Assembly (NCBI RefSeq): GCF_048403405.1
Contig: NZ_CP183129.1
DNA from: Escherichia coli
GTDB lineage: Bacteria; Pseudomonadota; Gammaproteobacteria; Enterobacterales; Enterobacteriaceae
Reading direction: 5' to 3' (one strand)
DNA: 64,000 nucleotides
Shown here: positions 11,661 to 23,777 of the stretch, one piece after another
Layout: the number at the start of each line of letters is the position of its first letter
Numbering within the stretch: the stretch's first letter is position 1
Notes under the pieces: generated by a model
Databases searched by the model: none
Told to the model about the DNA's origin: nothing
Seen by the model: the letters and a program-made list of their open reading frames with translations, nothing else
Translations under genes and position numbers: made by a program

Positions 11661-13925
11661 CTACCCGTTATCCACTGGCACGCCAAACCACTGATGATAC
11701 CAACGAGGTAAAATTTGCTCCCTGAAGCTGCTAATCCGCCAGCCTTGCGCTGAAAAATTGACCGTCATTTGCCCCTGATGAGGAGTATCAAGCCACTTAT
11801 AACCCTGTTGTTGATAGCGATGTTTAACTTTGCTTGAGGGCAGTCGCCATGCGTTATAGCGCGATGCCGATGCGAGTGCCACTTTTCCATTCACTCGCTG
11901 AATTAATGGCAACGATGATGAGGTATTACTGCCATGGTGAGGTACCTGAAGTAATGTTGCCTGCATTTGCTGCCAGTAACGGCTTAGCATCTTTTGTTCA
12001 GCGGGGGCTTCAATATCACCGGTTAGAAGAATGCTATTCGTCCCGTCATCAATCTTAACCACACAGGAATGGTTATTTCCTTTATCGTTGCTACCTTGTA
12101 AAGGCCAGTGCGCGCTGAAACTCAATCCTTGCCATTGCCACGCTTCGCCACGCACACAGGGCTGATGATGTTCCCAGTTTAACGGACTTCTGATCCATAA
12201 CATCGGCCATGTATGCAATATTGAGTCCAGCCCTCCCCGGTGATCCAGATGTTCATGACTCAGAATAACGCCTTCCGGTTCAAGATTATGCCAGTGGAGC
12301 CAGGGGATAATCAGTTGTTGCCCACTATCCCCTTCGGGCCAGGCCAGTCCCGTGTCATAGAGAATCGCTTTGCCGTTTCTGGCTATCACCATTGCCAGCC
12401 CTTGCCCGACATCAAGCATGTACACTTGCCACTCGTCAGGTCGAGGTTTTTGCCACAGCGGCCAGCACATCAGCAAGCCTACAGCCACACACATTGCTGG
12501 CAACGTTCGCCAGGCGTTTAATCGCCATACCACCAGTAAGAACCATGGGGAAAATGTTAGCCATTGCCAACGTTCAGCAATGTTGATCCACCCTTCCGGC
12601 AAACTCTTTAACCCCCAGAAAAGTAAAGCCAAAGACCGGTCGGCAAGAAACCATAATCCTTGTTCCAGAATAAGCGGCCCGCTTAAATGCACAACCATCG
12701 CGGCGAGGATCAACGGAACCGTGATAAATGTCACCAGGGGAATTGCAAAAAGATTTGCAATAAACGAGGTCAGACTAATGCCATGAAATATGACGATTTG
12801 CACGGGCATAAGCAGGAGGGTGATTCCCAGTTGCAGATGGATGAGGGAAACAACCGCACGCAATACCGGCGGCAGCTGCCACTCAGGACAGGGAAACCAC
12901 TGATACCAAAAAATCAGTGCCGCGACCGCAGCGGCAGAGAGCCATAAACTTTGCGAGAGAATGGCAACAGGATCCATCAACAAAATTGCCGCCAGACAAC
13001 ATATCCATACATCCCAGCCACTCCATTGTCGCCCACTTAACTTAAGCATTCCCCACATGGCAAGCGCCACCACGGTACGCAATGCAGGAGGTTGCATCCC
13101 AGTCAGCCAGGCATAAAAAGCAGCACAGCAGATTCCGCCAATTAATGGCATTTGCCATTGGATCCAGCGCCCGGGCAGAAAAACTTGCCCACCGCGAATG
13201 AGTCCGGCAGCCAGCAACGCCGCAAAAGCGATATGCAATCCCGATATCGCCATTAAATGCGCCGTTCCAGTATCGCGCATGATATTTTTGATTTCTTTGG
13301 GAACGGATAACCGTTCCCCCATACCTAAACCAAGAATAACCGCATTCCACATATAGGGTTGCAGCGTTGTTTGTAGTGACGCCAGATACTGTGCACGCAG
13401 GCTACAATTCGGTTCAATGACACTTGCCTGCAGAAATCGGCCGGTGAGCGGCTGATGCTGGGCAATGGCATAACGCTGGCTATCAAAGCCGCCATCATTA
13501 AGTTGGCCATGAACTGCACGAACTTTGAGTTTCATTGACCACAGTTGTCCAGCACAAACCGCTTGCGGAAGATATTCGCCATACAGCACGAGGCCTGGCG
13601 CAGGGAATATACGTCGACCTTGTAGATGAGTAATTTGACCGTAATGAGTGGTCATACCGTCAGTAGCAGTGATCTCAACAATTGCATCCTGCGTCGCGCC
13701 AGTTAACGTTTCTCCTGCCCACAAAATTTGCTTTGCTGCTAATATGCCCCAAACGAAAAACAGCAACGTCAGCGCGATATAACGGACAGTTTTAAAAGGG
13801 ATAAATACCAGTACGCAGGCGAAGACGGTCAGAGACGCAAGGGTTAATGTCCCAGGCAATTGTGGCAAAACCAGCAACGGAAAAATTCCGCAAATTATGC
13901 ATACGCCGACTGTCGTTATTTTCAT
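11661..13925 (-). CDS. ycaI: YcaI, ComEC/Rec2-family inner membrane protein with metallo-beta-lactamase domain
   Basis: ORF 11661..14003 was trimmed to MKITTVGVCIICGIFPLLVLPQ (754 aa). It is polytopic and carries a C-terminal HxHxDH-type motif (SHEHLDHRGG). Confidence 0.85.
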   Translation of the reverse strand: MKITTVGVCIICGIFPLLVLPQLPGTLTLASLTVFACVLVFIPFKTVRYIALTLLFFVWGILAAKQILWAGETLTGATQDAIVEITATDGMTTHYGQITHLQGRRIFPAPGLVLYGEYLPQAVCAGQLWSMKLKVRAVHGQLNDGGFDSQRYAIAQHQPLTGRFLQASVIEPNCSLRAQYLASLQTTLQPYMWNAVILGLGMGERLSVPKEIKNIMRDTGTAHLMAISGLHIAFAALLAAGLIRGGQVFLPGRWIQWQMPLIGGICCAAFYAWLTGMQPPALRTVVALAMWGMLKLSGRQWSGWDVWICCLAAILLMDPVAILSQSLWLSAAAVAALIFWYQWFPCPEWQLPPVLRAVVSLIHLQLGITLLLMPVQIVIFHGISLTSFIANLFAIPLVTFITVPLILAAMVVHLSGPLILEQGLWFLADRSLALLFWGLKSLPEGWINIAERWQWLTFSPWFLLVVWRLNAWRTLPAMCVAVGLLMCWPLWQKPRPDEWQVYMLDVGQGLAMVIARNGKAILYDTGLAWPEGDSGQQLIIPWLHWHNLEPEGVILSHEHLDHRGGLDSILHTWPMLWIRSPLNWEHHQPCVRGEAWQWQGLSFSAHWPLQGSNDKGNNHSCVVKIDDGTNSILLTGDIEAPAEQKMLSRYWQQMQATLLQVPHHGSNTSSSLPLIQRVNGKVALASASRYNAWRLPSSKVKHRYQQQGYKWLDTPHQGQMTVNFSAQGWRISSFREQILPRWYHQWFGVPVDNG

Positions 13926-14089
13926 GCACCCCTCCCTGTTTATGGAAAGTGTGCAACTTTGTTGAGCGGTTGTCTGGTGGGAGTTTTGCGTTCCCCGAGG
14001 CACGTTCAGAAGAATTTAACGAGAGGGTGAAAACTGTTCAAAACTCTGCGAGGCTGCTTCCAGTTCCAGATTAGAGAAATGAAAAAAGC

Positions 14090-14114
14090 ACCCGACAGGT
14101 GCTTTTCTCGCGTT
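14090..14114 (-). terminator. Rho-independent terminator after ihfB
   Basis: The minus strand reads AAAGCACC-TGTCG-GGTGCTTTTTT directly after the ihfB stop. Confidence 0.7.
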
Positions 14115-14131
14115 CAAGTTTGAGTAAAAAC

Positions 14132-14416
14132 TTAACCGTAAATATTGGCGCGATCGCGCAGTTCTTTACCTGGTTTAAAGTGAGGAACGTATTTTCCTTC
14201 CAGTTCTACTTTATCGCCAGTCTTCGGATTACGTCCGGTACGTGGTGCGCGGTAGTGCAAAGAGAAACTGCCGAAACCGCGGATTTCAATACGCTCGCCC
14301 TGCGCAAGAGTCGAGGCCATATGCTCCAGCATCTCTTTTACTGCATCTTCAACCGTCTTGGCGGGAATGTGCGATTGCTGGGTGGCAAGTCTTTCTATCA
14401 ATTCTGACTTGGTCAT
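14132..14416 (-). CDS. ihfB: Integration host factor beta subunit
   Basis: 94-aa [54 protein letters not shown]... Recognised as IHF-beta. Confidence 0.97.
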
Positions 14417-14575
14417 GATTCCTCCGGTTCCTTAAAGGCAAATTAAGCGGCTGCTGTTGCTGCATTGATTAAGGGCGGCCGTAGCCGCCCTTAGTGCTTG
14501 ATTACAGGACGAAACCTGCAATCTGTCAAGTAAACTCAACAAACTTCGGAATAAAAATCCCGAAGAGTCAGAGAA

Positions 14576-16249
14576 TTACTCGCCTTTAGCTGCTTTGAAA
14601 GCTTCAGCCATTGCGTTGTTGGAGAAGTTTGCATCTTCCTGTTTGTTAACAGTTGCGATTGCATCTTTCTCGTCAGCTTCGTCTTTCGCACGAACAGACA
14701 GGCTGATTGCGCGGTTTTTACGATCAACGCCGGTGAATTTAGCTTCAACTTCGTCGCCAACGCTCAGAACCAGGGTAGCGTCTTCAACGCGGTCACGGGA
14801 TGCTTCAGAAGCACGCAGGTAACCTTCAACGCCGTCAGCCAGTTCTACGGTTGCGCCTTTAGCGTCAACTGCAGTTACTTTACCGGTTACGATAGCGCCT
14901 TTCTTGTTCAGAGCAACCCAGTTGTTGAACGGATCTTCTGCGAGCTGTTTAACGCCCAGGGAGATACGTTCACGTTCTGCGTCAACCTGCAGAACAACTG
15001 CAGCGATTTCGTCGCCTTTTTTGTATTCACGAACTGCTTCTTCGCCTGCAACGTTCCAGGAGATGTCAGACAGGTGAACCAGGCCGTCGATGCCGCCGTC
15101 AAGGCCGATGAAGATACCGAAGTCAGTGATAGACTTGATTTTACCTTCAACACGGTCACCCTTGTTGTGGGTTTCCGCGAACTGCTGCCACGGGTTAGCT
15201 TTGCACTGTTTCAGACCCAGGGAGATACGACGACGTTCTTCGTCGATATCCAGAACCATAACTTCCACTACATCGCCAACGTTAACAACTTTGGACGGGT
15301 GGATGTTTTTGTTGGTCCAATCCATTTCGGAAACGTGTACCAGGCCTTCAACGCCTTCTTCGATTTCAACGAAGCAGCCGTAGTCGGTCAGGTTGGTCAC
15401 GCGACCAGTCAGTTTGGTACCTTCCGGATAACGTTTAGCGATAGCTACCCACGGATCTTCGCCCAGCTGTTTCAGGCCCAGGGATACACGGGTACGTTCG
15501 CGGTCGAACTTCAGCACTTTAACAGTGATTTCGTCGCCAACGTTGACGATTTCGCTCGGATGCTTAACGCGTTTCCAGGCCATGTCAGTGATGTGCAGCA
15601 GGCCGTCAACGCCGCCCAGATCAACGAATGCACCGTAGTCAGTGAGGTTCTTAACGATACCTTTAACTTCCATGCCTTCCTGCAGGTTTTCCAGCAGCTG
15701 ATCGCGCTCTGCGCTGTTTTCGGATTCGATAACGGCACGACGAGAAACAACAACGTTGTTGCGCTTCTGATCCAGCTTGATTACTTTGAATTCAAGCTCT
15801 TTGCCTTCCAGGTGCAGAGTGTCACGCACCGGACGAACGTCTACCAGAGAACCTGGCAGGAACGCACGAATACCGTTCAGCTCAACAGTGAAGCCGCCCT
15901 TAACTTTGCCGTTGATAACACCGGTAACAGTTTCAGCATCTTCGTAAGCTTTTTCCAGCGTGATCCAGGCTTCGTGACGTTTAGCTTTCTCACGGGACAG
16001 CAGAGTTTCACCGAAGCCGTCTTCTACTGCGTCCAGAGCAACGTCAACTTCGTCACCTACCTGGATTTCCAGCTCGCCCTGGGCGTTTTTGAACTGCTCA
16101 GCCGGGATGGCGGACTCAGATTTCAGACCAGCGTCAACCAGTACTACGTCTTTGTCGATAGCAACAACAACGCCACGAACGATAGAACCCGGGCGGGTTT
16201 CGATTTCTTTTAAGGACTCTTCAAAGAGTTGAGCAAAAGATTCAGTCAT
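14576..16249 (-). CDS. rpsA: 30S ribosomal protein S1
   Basis: 557-aa ORF with six S1 repeats, [34 protein letters not shown]... Codon usage is strongly biased, which also produces the long antisense ORF 15074..16213. Confidence 0.98.
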
Positions 16250-16359
16250 GTTTAATCTTCAGGTTTATATTTAACGTCCACCTGGCTCCATGCCGGATGG
16301 GGTTGTTTAACATACCCGCTGTCATTCCATTGCAACGGGGGTACTGCAAATTCGGTCGC

Positions 16360-17043
16360 TTATGCGAGAGCCAATTTCTGGCGCGCGTATTGTAGCGCTT
16401 TTTCAATCACTTGCTCAATGCTTAAGGTGGTGGAATCCAACACTAAAGCATCGGCTGCCGGAACCAGTGGCGCTACCGCTCGGTTACGATCGCGGTCGTC
16501 GCGTTCTTTGATCTCGGCCAAAAGGCGCTCAAAGTTAACACTAAAGCCCTTCTCCTGCAACTGTAGCATGCGGCGATGCGCACGTTCTTCCGAGGAGGCG
16601 TCAAGGAAAATTTTCACTGGCGCATCAGGGAATACCACCGTTCCCATATCGCGGCCATCGGCAATCAAGCCTGGTAATTCGCGAAACGCGCGTTGGCGAC
16701 GCAATAATGCTTCACGAACGCGTGGGAATGCCGCGACTTGTGAAGCAGCATTCGCCACTTCCTGAGTACGAATTTCGCCGCTGACATCTTCCCCTTCGAG
16801 GATCACTTCCAGATTGCCATTGGTCGACACAAAACGTACATCCAGATGGGATGCCAGCGGCACGAGCGCATCTTCCGATGCAACATCAACATGGTGATGT
16901 AATGCCGCCAGTGCCAGTACGCGATAAATTGCACCCGAGTCCAGCAGATGCCATTGCAACGCTTCCGCCATAGCCTTACACAAGGTGCCTTTCCCTGCAC
17001 CGCTTGGGCCATCAATGGTAATAACCGGGGCAATTGCCGTCAT
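16360..17043 (-). CDS. cmk: Cytidylate kinase
   Basis: 227-aa ORF with P-loop GPSGAGKGT, located upstream of rpsA. Confidence 0.97.
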
Positions 17044-17215
17044 CTTTATCTCCTTAAAACAGGCGTACCGTTAACATAACCGCGCGCATTATACGCGCCG
17101 ACGCCCCAAATCGTTAACGTTGTGTGCAAAAACCAGTTTTGTCTGTATTCAGATGGGGATTTATTGCGCAATTATAGCGGGCTGGCAGAAGACCAGCCCG
17201 AAAGATGACAATGAT

Positions 17216-17980
17216 TTACTTACCAGAGGCGATACGATCACGGATGTGTTGCGCACGCTCTGTTGATGGTGGGTGAGAGTCAAACATGGACTGGGTACGA
17301 CCGCCATCCAGGCTGGCCAATTTTTCAAAGCTGCCAACCAGCCCCTGGGTGCTGATGCCACGTTTCTTCAACAGATCAAAGGAGAAATCATCTGCTTCGG
17401 ACTCTTTATCGCGGGAGTATTTAGCATTGATCGCGCCTTCTGCGATATCACCTAATTGTGAGCGAGAAAGCTGGGAAGCCACACCGCTGGTAGCGGAAAT
17501 CGCATCACGTGCGGCAACGATCGCATAAGAAGCTTTCATTTCAGCCAGCGAGTGACCCAACGCGACGTGGCCCAGTTCATGACCCAGAACGCCTTCAATT
17601 TCGTTGTCGTTCATCATGTCCATCAGGCCACTGTAGACACGAACACAGCCGTTCGCCATCGCCCATGCGTTGACGTCGCTGGTCATATAAACCTTATAGT
17701 TGACCGGCGTGCCATTAATATTGTTACCCAATGCTTTGGCGATTTTTGCCAGACGTTTACCGTACTTGCTGGATTTACTTGCGACTTTATTGCCGCTGTC
17801 CATTTCGACACAGCCCTGATTGGCAATCGCTTTTGCATCAGCATCGCTTAACGTTGCTGCTTTATAGGCATTTAAACCTGAGCTGATAGCCATATTGGTA
17901 TCAATACCGTGGGTATTTTGACACCCTGTCAGTAATGCTGCAGAGGCCGCAATCGCCAGCAGTAATTTAGTATTCTTCAT
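17216..17980 (-). CDS. ycaL: YcaL, M48-family zinc metalloprotease lipoprotein
   Basis: ORF 17216..18004 was trimmed to MKNTKLLLAIAASAALLTGCQN, a lipobox LTGC (254 aa). HELGH zinc motif is present. Confidence 0.9.
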   Translation of the reverse strand: MKNTKLLLAIAASAALLTGCQNTHGIDTNMAISSGLNAYKAATLSDADAKAIANQGCVEMDSGNKVASKSSKYGKRLAKIAKALGNNINGTPVNYKVYMTSDVNAWAMANGCVRVYSGLMDMMNDNEIEGVLGHELGHVALGHSLAEMKASYAIVAARDAISATSGVASQLSRSQLGDIAEGAINAKYSRDKESEADDFSFDLLKKRGISTQGLVGSFEKLASLDGGRTQSMFDSHPPSTERAQHIRDRIASGK

Positions 17981-18078
17981 GTGAATCATCCGTTGATTAA
18001 TCATATATAAATATTATGTATCAACAACTTACATTGACAAGCGACGCTACCATTAATCAAAATGACTCACAAGGTCCG

Positions 18079-18105
18079 AAAAAAAACGCCGACAATGTGC
18101 CGACG
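18079..18105 (-). terminator. Rho-independent terminator after aroA
   Basis: The minus strand reads CGTCGGC-ACATT-GTCGGCG (7-bp stem including G-U pairs) followed by a T8 run, about 45 nt after the aroA stop. Confidence 0.6.
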
Positions 18106-18148
18106 TTTTGATAAAGAAAGATTTGGCTATTTATTGCCCGTTGTTCAT

Positions 18149-19432
18149 TCAGGCTGCCTGGCTAATCCGCGCCAGCTGCTCGAAATAATCCGGAAATGTT
18201 TTGGCCGTACATTTGGGATCAAGAATCGTCACTGGTGTATCTGACAACGCCACCAGCGAGAAACACATCGCCATCCGGTGATCATTGTATGTCGCGATCT
18301 CGGCAAAGTTCAGTTTTTCCGGTGGAGTGATACGAATGTAATCGTGCCCCTCTTCTACTTCCGCACCAACTTTACGCAGTTCTGTTGCCATCGCAAACAG
18401 GCGATCGGTCTCTTTAACACGCCAGTTATAGATATTGCGCAGCGTGGTGGTGCCTTTTGCAAATAACGCCGCCGTGGCAATGGTCATCGCCGCATCGGGA
18501 ATATGGTTCATATCCATATCAATAGCGTTCAGTTCACCACGCGTGCAGGAAATATAATCGTCGCCCCAGCAAATAGTCGCGCCCATTTTTTCCAGCACAT
18601 CAGCAAAGCGAATATCACCCTGCATACTGTTGCGTCCAATGCCGGTCACTTTTACAGTGCCGCCTCTGATTGCTGCTGCTGCCAGGAAGTAAGAAGCCGA
18701 AGATGCATCGCCTTCGACCAAATAAGTACCCGGAGACTGATAAGACTGCCCGCCTTTTACGACAAATTGTTGATAGTGCTGATTTTCAATTTCAACACCA
18801 AACGTCTTCATCAGATTGAGTGTGATGTCGATATAAGGTTTAGAAACCAGATCGCCTTTAATACGAATAACCGTATCTTCCGGCGCAAGAGGCGCAGTCA
18901 TTAATAGTGCGGTGAGGAACTGGCTGGAAACGGAGCCATCAACGTCAACGTTGCCGCCAGTAAAGCCGCCCTGTAAACGCAATGGTGGATAATTTTCTTG
19001 TTCCAGGTAAGTGATCTTCGCTCCGCCCAGGCGCAGCGCATCCACCAGATGACCAATCGGGCGCTCTTTCATACGCGGCTCACCAGTCAGCACAATATCA
19101 TTGCTACCCAGACAAAGAGCTGCCGCCAGCGGGCGCATTGCCGTTCCGGCGTTTCCGAGGAACAACTCCAGGGCACCTTCTGCGTGTAATGGACCGCCGT
19201 TACCGATAATTTCGCAACGCGTACGATCAGCTGAAAGCGTATAGCTTACCCCTAACGCTGTTAATGCATTCAGCATATGGCGCACGTCATCGCTATCCAG
19301 CAGATTGGTTAATACTGTTTTGCCGTGTGCTAATGCCGCCAGCAATAAAGCGCGGTTAGAAACGCTCTTGGAACCGGGCAGATTAATAGTGCCATCGACA
19401 CGAGCGATGGGTTGTAACGTCAGGGATTCCAT
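18149..19432 (-). CDS. aroA: 3-phosphoshikimate 1-carboxyvinyltransferase (EPSP synthase)
   Basis: 427-aa [38 protein letters not shown]... Recognised as AroA. serC-aroA operon arrangement. Confidence 0.97.
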   Translation of the reverse strand: MESLTLQPIARVDGTINLPGSKSVSNRALLLAALAHGKTVLTNLLDSDDVRHMLNALTALGVSYTLSADRTRCEIIGNGGPLHAEGALELFLGNAGTAMRPLAAALCLGSNDIVLTGEPRMKERPIGHLVDALRLGGAKITYLEQENYPPLRLQGGFTGGNVDVDGSVSSQFLTALLMTAPLAPEDTVIRIKGDLVSKPYIDITLNLMKTFGVEIENQHYQQFVVKGGQSYQSPGTYLVEGDASSASYFLAAAAIRGGTVKVTGIGRNSMQGDIRFADVLEKMGATICWGDDYISCTRGELNAIDMDMNHIPDAAMTIATAALFAKGTTTLRNIYNWRVKETDRLFAMATELRKVGAEVEEGHDYIRITPPEKLNFAEIATYNDHRMAMCFSLVALSDTPVTILDPKCTAKTFPDYFEQLARISQAA

Positions 19433-19502
19433 GAACTCAACTCTCTACAACAGAAATAAAAACCCCACAGGCTGGCTGTGGGGATTATGCAAAATTTCGA
19501 CA

Positions 19503-20591
19503 TTAGCCGTGACGGCGTTCGAACTCAATCATGAAGTCTGTCAGCGCTTTAACGCCTTCCAGTGGCATGGCGTTATAAATGGACGCGCGCATTCCGCCGA
19601 CCACACGGTGACCTTTCAGTGCATGAAGGCCAGCAGCAAAAGACTCTTCAAGGAACAATTTGTCAAGCGCACTGTCCGCCAACTGGAACGGCACGTTCAT
19701 CCGCGAACGGTTAGCTTTCGCCACGTCATTGCGGTAGAAATCGCTGTTATCAATCACCCCATACAGCAGTTCTGCTTTTTGCTGATTGATTTTATCCATT
19801 GCAGCTACACCGCCGTTCGCTTTCAGCCATTTAAAGACCAGACCAGACAGATACCAGGCAAATGTCGGCGGCGTGTTAAACATGGAGTCGTTATCGTTGA
19901 GAATGGAATAATCCAGAATCGACGGACACGCGATATTCGCTTTGCCCAGCAAATCTTCACGAACGATGACGATTGTCAGGCCAGCCGGGCCGATATTTTT
20001 CTGCGCGCCAGCGTAAATTACACCATAACGGCTGACGTCAATCGGACGGGAAAGAATGGTTGAAGAGAAGTCGGCGGCGACCACCACATCTTTGCCGAAG
20101 TCTGGCGTTTCGTCGATAGCGATACCGTCGATGGTTTCATTCGGGCAGTAATGCATATAAGCAGCATTATCAGAGAGTTGCCATTCGCGCATTGGCTTAA
20201 CCGCGCGCAGACCATCAACAGTCACTTTGGCGTCGAAGACATTAGGCGTGCAATATTTTTTCGCTTCTTTAATGGCACTTGCCGCCCAGTAACCGGCATC
20301 AACATAATCTGCGGTGGTTTTATCACCGAGAATATTCAGCGGAACAGCAGCAAACTGACCGCGACCGCCGCCATGGCAGAACAATACCTTGTAGTTGGAG
20401 GGGACATTAAGAAGATCGCGAAAATCCTTCTCGGCTTCCTCTGCAACCTGAATGAACTCTTTGCCACGGTGACTCACTTCCATCACCGACGTACCAAGAC
20501 CGTTCCAGTCGCGCAGTTCCTGTTGAGCCTGTTTAAGCACCTCTGCCGGTAGCATTGCCGGACCAGAACTAAAATTGAAGATTTGAGCCAT
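19503..20591 (-). CDS. serC: Phosphoserine aminotransferase
   Basis: 362-aa [49 protein letters not shown]... Recognised as SerC. Confidence 0.97.
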   Translation of the reverse strand: MAQIFNFSSGPAMLPAEVLKQAQQELRDWNGLGTSVMEVSHRGKEFIQVAEEAEKDFRDLLNVPSNYKVLFCHGGGRGQFAAVPLNILGDKTTADYVDAGYWAASAIKEAKKYCTPNVFDAKVTVDGLRAVKPMREWQLSDNAAYMHYCPNETIDGIAIDETPDFGKDVVVAADFSSTILSRPIDVSRYGVIYAGAQKNIGPAGLTIVIVREDLLGKANIACPSILDYSILNDNDSMFNTPPTFAWYLSGLVFKWLKANGGVAAMDKINQQKAELLYGVIDNSDFYRNDVAKANRSRMNVPFQLADSALDKLFLEESFAAGLHALKGHRVVGGMRASIYNAMPLEGVKALTDFMIEFERRHG

Positions 20592-20789
20592 TTCCCCTCA
20601 CCACGTTGCGTTGCTATTAACCCGCGGTCAATCGATTGCGACCACAGGTAATACATTATTCCTGTGGCTATCGGTTTTATCATTCAGTGACACACATCGC
20701 AATGAGTAAAACCGTTGAGGGCAAAAATGTGGCTTGCATCACACAAAAGAATCTCTTGGATTATTAGCAAAAAGCCGATGTTTTTACTG

Positions 20790-21482
20790 TCACGTCACCC
20801 GTTTTGCCCGACTTGCCTTCGTCCATTCTGGATTTGCACAGCGCGGACATAATTGTTTTTCCCCCGCGTTCATATGAATGATTTCACTGCAACGAATGCA
20901 GGCATAGTCCGCCGACTCGGGTACCACTTTGTAACGCTGAGTACAGTCACTGGGTAAAATAAGTAAGCCCGGTTTCACCTTGTCATCTTCAAAGAAATAG
21001 ACACTGATTTGCCCGTTGGTTTCGAGAATCGCCAGACGTACTTGCCCCAACTGCTCTACACCGCGCAATCGTAGCTCCATAAAGAACTCAAATTCCGTCA
21101 TGTTGGAGTTATTGAGTTTCGACCAGGCCAGCTCGCCATCTTCAATAATGACAACCGGCTTACCTTCCAGAAGATCTTCCAGTTTTTCACTGTGTGCCAT
21201 CAACCACATTACCAGGCGGTATAACAACGCCAGAGTAATAAAGACGATAAGTACCGGGACCATCGGCACATCATCATAAAACGCCACATCTCCCGCCGCT
21301 GATCCCAGCGTCAGAATGATTAACACTTCAAAAAGCGACATCTGCCGCACACCGCGTCTTCCGGTCATTTTGAGGAACAAAAAAACCAGTACAAAGGTAT
21401 AAAGACTACGTAGTGCCACTTCGCCAAGGAAATCAAAAGGCACTTTATCAAATGCCATACGGTGGAGATCAAACGCCTTCAT
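20790..21482 (-). CDS. ycaP: YcaP, DUF421 membrane protein
   Basis: 230-aa ORF with N-terminal TM segments and a C-terminal CxxC...CPRC pattern. Synteny between serC and ycaO supports the call. Confidence 0.85.
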   Translation of the reverse strand: MKAFDLHRMAFDKVPFDFLGEVALRSLYTFVLVFLFLKMTGRRGVRQMSLFEVLIILTLGSAAGDVAFYDDVPMVPVLIVFITLALLYRLVMWLMAHSEKLEDLLEGKPVVIIEDGELAWSKLNNSNMTEFEFFMELRLRGVEQLGQVRLAILETNGQISVYFFEDDKVKPGLLILPSDCTQRYKVVPESADYACIRCSEIIHMNAGEKQLCPRCANPEWTKASRAKRVT

Positions 21483-21611
21483 TTTTATGCTCTTATCGTG
21501 GTTTATCCACTAAAAGCATAGTCAACAGTTCATCGGCATGGCGGCGGTGATAGCGCCTTTGAGATAAAACCCGTATTATTGCGCGCTTTCCGTACGACTA
21601 AAGTGATTTTC

Positions 21612-23372
21612 ATGACGCAAACATTTATCCCCGGCAAAGATGCCGCACTGGAAGATTCCATCGCTCGCTTCCAGCAAAAACTTTCAGACCTCGGCTTTCA
21701 GATTGAAGAGGCCTCCTGGCTGAATCCGGTGCCTAACGTCTGGTCTGTACATATTCGCGACAAAGAGTGCGCACTGTGTTTTACCAACGGTAAAGGCGCA
21801 ACCAAAAAAGCGGCGCTGGCTTCTGCACTCGGTGAATATTTCGAGCGTCTCTCAACCAACTACTTTTTTGCTGATTTCTGGCTGGGCGAAACCATCGCCA
21901 ACGGTCCGTTCGTGCATTATCCCAACGAAAAATGGTTCCCACTGAGCGAAAATGACGATGTGCCAGAAGGGCTGCTCGATGACCGTCTGCGCGCATTTTA
22001 CGATCCGGAGAATGAATTGACCGGCAGTATGCTGATTGACCTGCAATCCGGTAACGAAGATCGTGGTATTTGCGGTCTGCCGTTTACGCGCCAGTCCGAC
22101 AATCAGACCGTTTATATTCCGATGAATATCATTGGTAACCTGTACGTTTCTAACGGTATGTCCGCTGGCAATACCCGCAACGAAGCACGCGTTCAGGGGT
22201 TGTCCGAAGTTTTCGAACGCTACGTGAAAAACCGCATTATTGCTGAAAGCATCAGCTTGCCGGAAATCCCGGCAGACGTGCTGGCGCGTTACCCAGCGGT
22301 GGTTGAAGCCATCGAAACGCTGGAAGCAGAAGGTTTCCCAATCTTTGCTTATGATGGTTCGCTTGGCGGCCAGTATCCGGTGATTTGCGTGGTACTGTTT
22401 AATCCTGCTAACGGCACCTGCTTTGCCTCTTTCGGTGCGCATCCTGATTTTGGCGTAGCACTGGAACGTACCGTGACCGAGCTGCTGCAAGGTCGTGGCC
22501 TGAAAGATTTGGATGTGTTTACTCCGCCAACCTTCGATGATGAAGAAGTTGCTGAACATACCAACCTCGAAACGCACTTTATCGATTCCAGCGGTTTAAT
22601 CTCCTGGGACCTGTTCAAGCAGGATGCCGATTATCCGTTTGTGGACTGGAATTTCTCCGGCACCACGGAGGAAGAGTTTGCTACGCTGATGGCTATCTTC
22701 AACAAAGAAGATAAAGAAGTTTATATTGCCGATTACGAGCATCTGGGCGTTTATGCTTGCCGAATTATCGTGCCTGGCATGTCCGATATTTATCCGGCTG
22801 AAGATCTGTTGCTGGCGAATAACAGTATGGGCAGCCATTTACGTGAAACGATTCTTTCGTTACCAGGCAGCGAGTGGGAAAAAGAAGATTACCTGAACCT
22901 CATCGAGCAACTGGATGAAGAAGGTTTTGATGACTTTACCCGCGTGCGTGAGCTGTTGGGTCTGGCGACCGGGTCGGATAACGGTTGGTACACCCTGCGT
23001 ATCGGTGAATTAAAAGCCATGCTGGCGCTGGCTGGTGGCGATCTGGAACAGGCTCTGGTCTGGACCGAATGGACGATGGAGTTTAACTCATCAGTATTTA
23101 GTCCGGAACGCGCCAACTATTATCGCTGCCTGCAAACGTTGTTATTACTGGCGCAGGAAGAAGATCGCCAGCCGCTGCAATATTTGAATGCGTTTGTTCG
23201 CATGTACGGCGCAGATGCCGTGGAAGCCGCCAGTGCGGCAATGAGCGGCGAAGCGGCGTTTTATGGCTTGCAACCAGTAGATAGCGATCTGCACGCGTTT
23301 GCAGCACATCAGTCGTTGTTGAAGGCCTACGAAAAGCTGCAGCGCGCCAAAGCAGCATTCTGGGCAAAATAA
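21612..23372 (+). CDS. ycaO: YcaO-domain protein (ribosomal protein S12 methylthiotransferase accessory factor)
   Basis: ORF 21579..23372 was trimmed to MTQTFIPGKDAALEDSIARFQQKL (586 aa). Recognised as E. coli YcaO. Confidence 0.9.
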   Translation: MTQTFIPGKDAALEDSIARFQQKLSDLGFQIEEASWLNPVPNVWSVHIRDKECALCFTNGKGATKKAALASALGEYFERLSTNYFFADFWLGETIANGPFVHYPNEKWFPLSENDDVPEGLLDDRLRAFYDPENELTGSMLIDLQSGNEDRGICGLPFTRQSDNQTVYIPMNIIGNLYVSNGMSAGNTRNEARVQGLSEVFERYVKNRIIAESISLPEIPADVLARYPAVVEAIETLEAEGFPIFAYDGSLGGQYPVICVVLFNPANGTCFASFGAHPDFGVALERTVTELLQGRGLKDLDVFTPPTFDDEEVAEHTNLETHFIDSSGLISWDLFKQDADYPFVDWNFSGTTEEEFATLMAIFNKEDKEVYIADYEHLGVYACRIIVPGMSDIYPAEDLLLANNSMGSHLRETILSLPGSEWEKEDYLNLIEQLDEEGFDDFTRVRELLGLATGSDNGWYTLRIGELKAMLALAGGDLEQALVWTEWTMEFNSSVFSPERANYYRCLQTLLLLAQEEDRQPLQYLNAFVRMYGADAVEAASAAMSGEAAFYGLQPVDSDLHAFAAHQSLLKAYEKLQRAKAAFWAK

Positions 23373-23703
23373 AATCAAATAGCCTACGCAATGTAGGCTT
23401 AATGATTCGTCTGAGTTATATTACGGGGCGTTTTTTTAATGCCCCGCTTTACATATATTTGCATTAATAAAATAATTGTAATTATAAAGTTAAATGTCGG
23501 TAATTTGTATTTAATAAATACGATCGATATTGTTACTTCATTCGCCTGGTGCTCCCTTTTAATTAACTGTTTTAGCGGAGGATGCGGAAAAAATTCAACT
23601 CATTTGTTAATTTTTAAAATTTATTTTTATTTGGATAATCAAATATTTACTCCGTATTTGCATAAAAGCCATGCGAATTACGGGCCTATAAGCCAGGCGA
23701 GAT

Positions 23704-23717
23704 ATGATCTATATCAA
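23704..23717 (+). promoter_or_regulatory. Candidate FNR box of a focA-pflB promoter
   Basis: aTGATctatATCAA matches the FNR consensus TTGAT-N4-ATCAA at 9/10 positions. A possible -10 TAGTAT (23740..23745) would place the box near -41.5. The focA-pflB operon is known to be FNR-activated. Confidence 0.5.
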
Positions 23718-23777
23718 TTTCTCATCTATAATGCTTTGTTAGTATCTCGTCGCCGACTTAATAAAGAGAGAGTTAGT

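Noticed and set aside
17216-17980. HExxH protease ycaL as a possible accessory or defence gene
   Set aside because: It is a conserved core-genome M48 lipoprotein in its normal cmk-ycaL-aroA context with host-like composition, so it is not novel.
23439-23777. 113-codon N-terminal extension of the focA ORF
   Set aside because: The region is extremely AT-rich and corresponds to the multi-promoter focA-pflB regulatory region (FNR-like box at 23704..23717). Known FocA starts at the GTG at 23778, which has an adjacent purine-rich SD.
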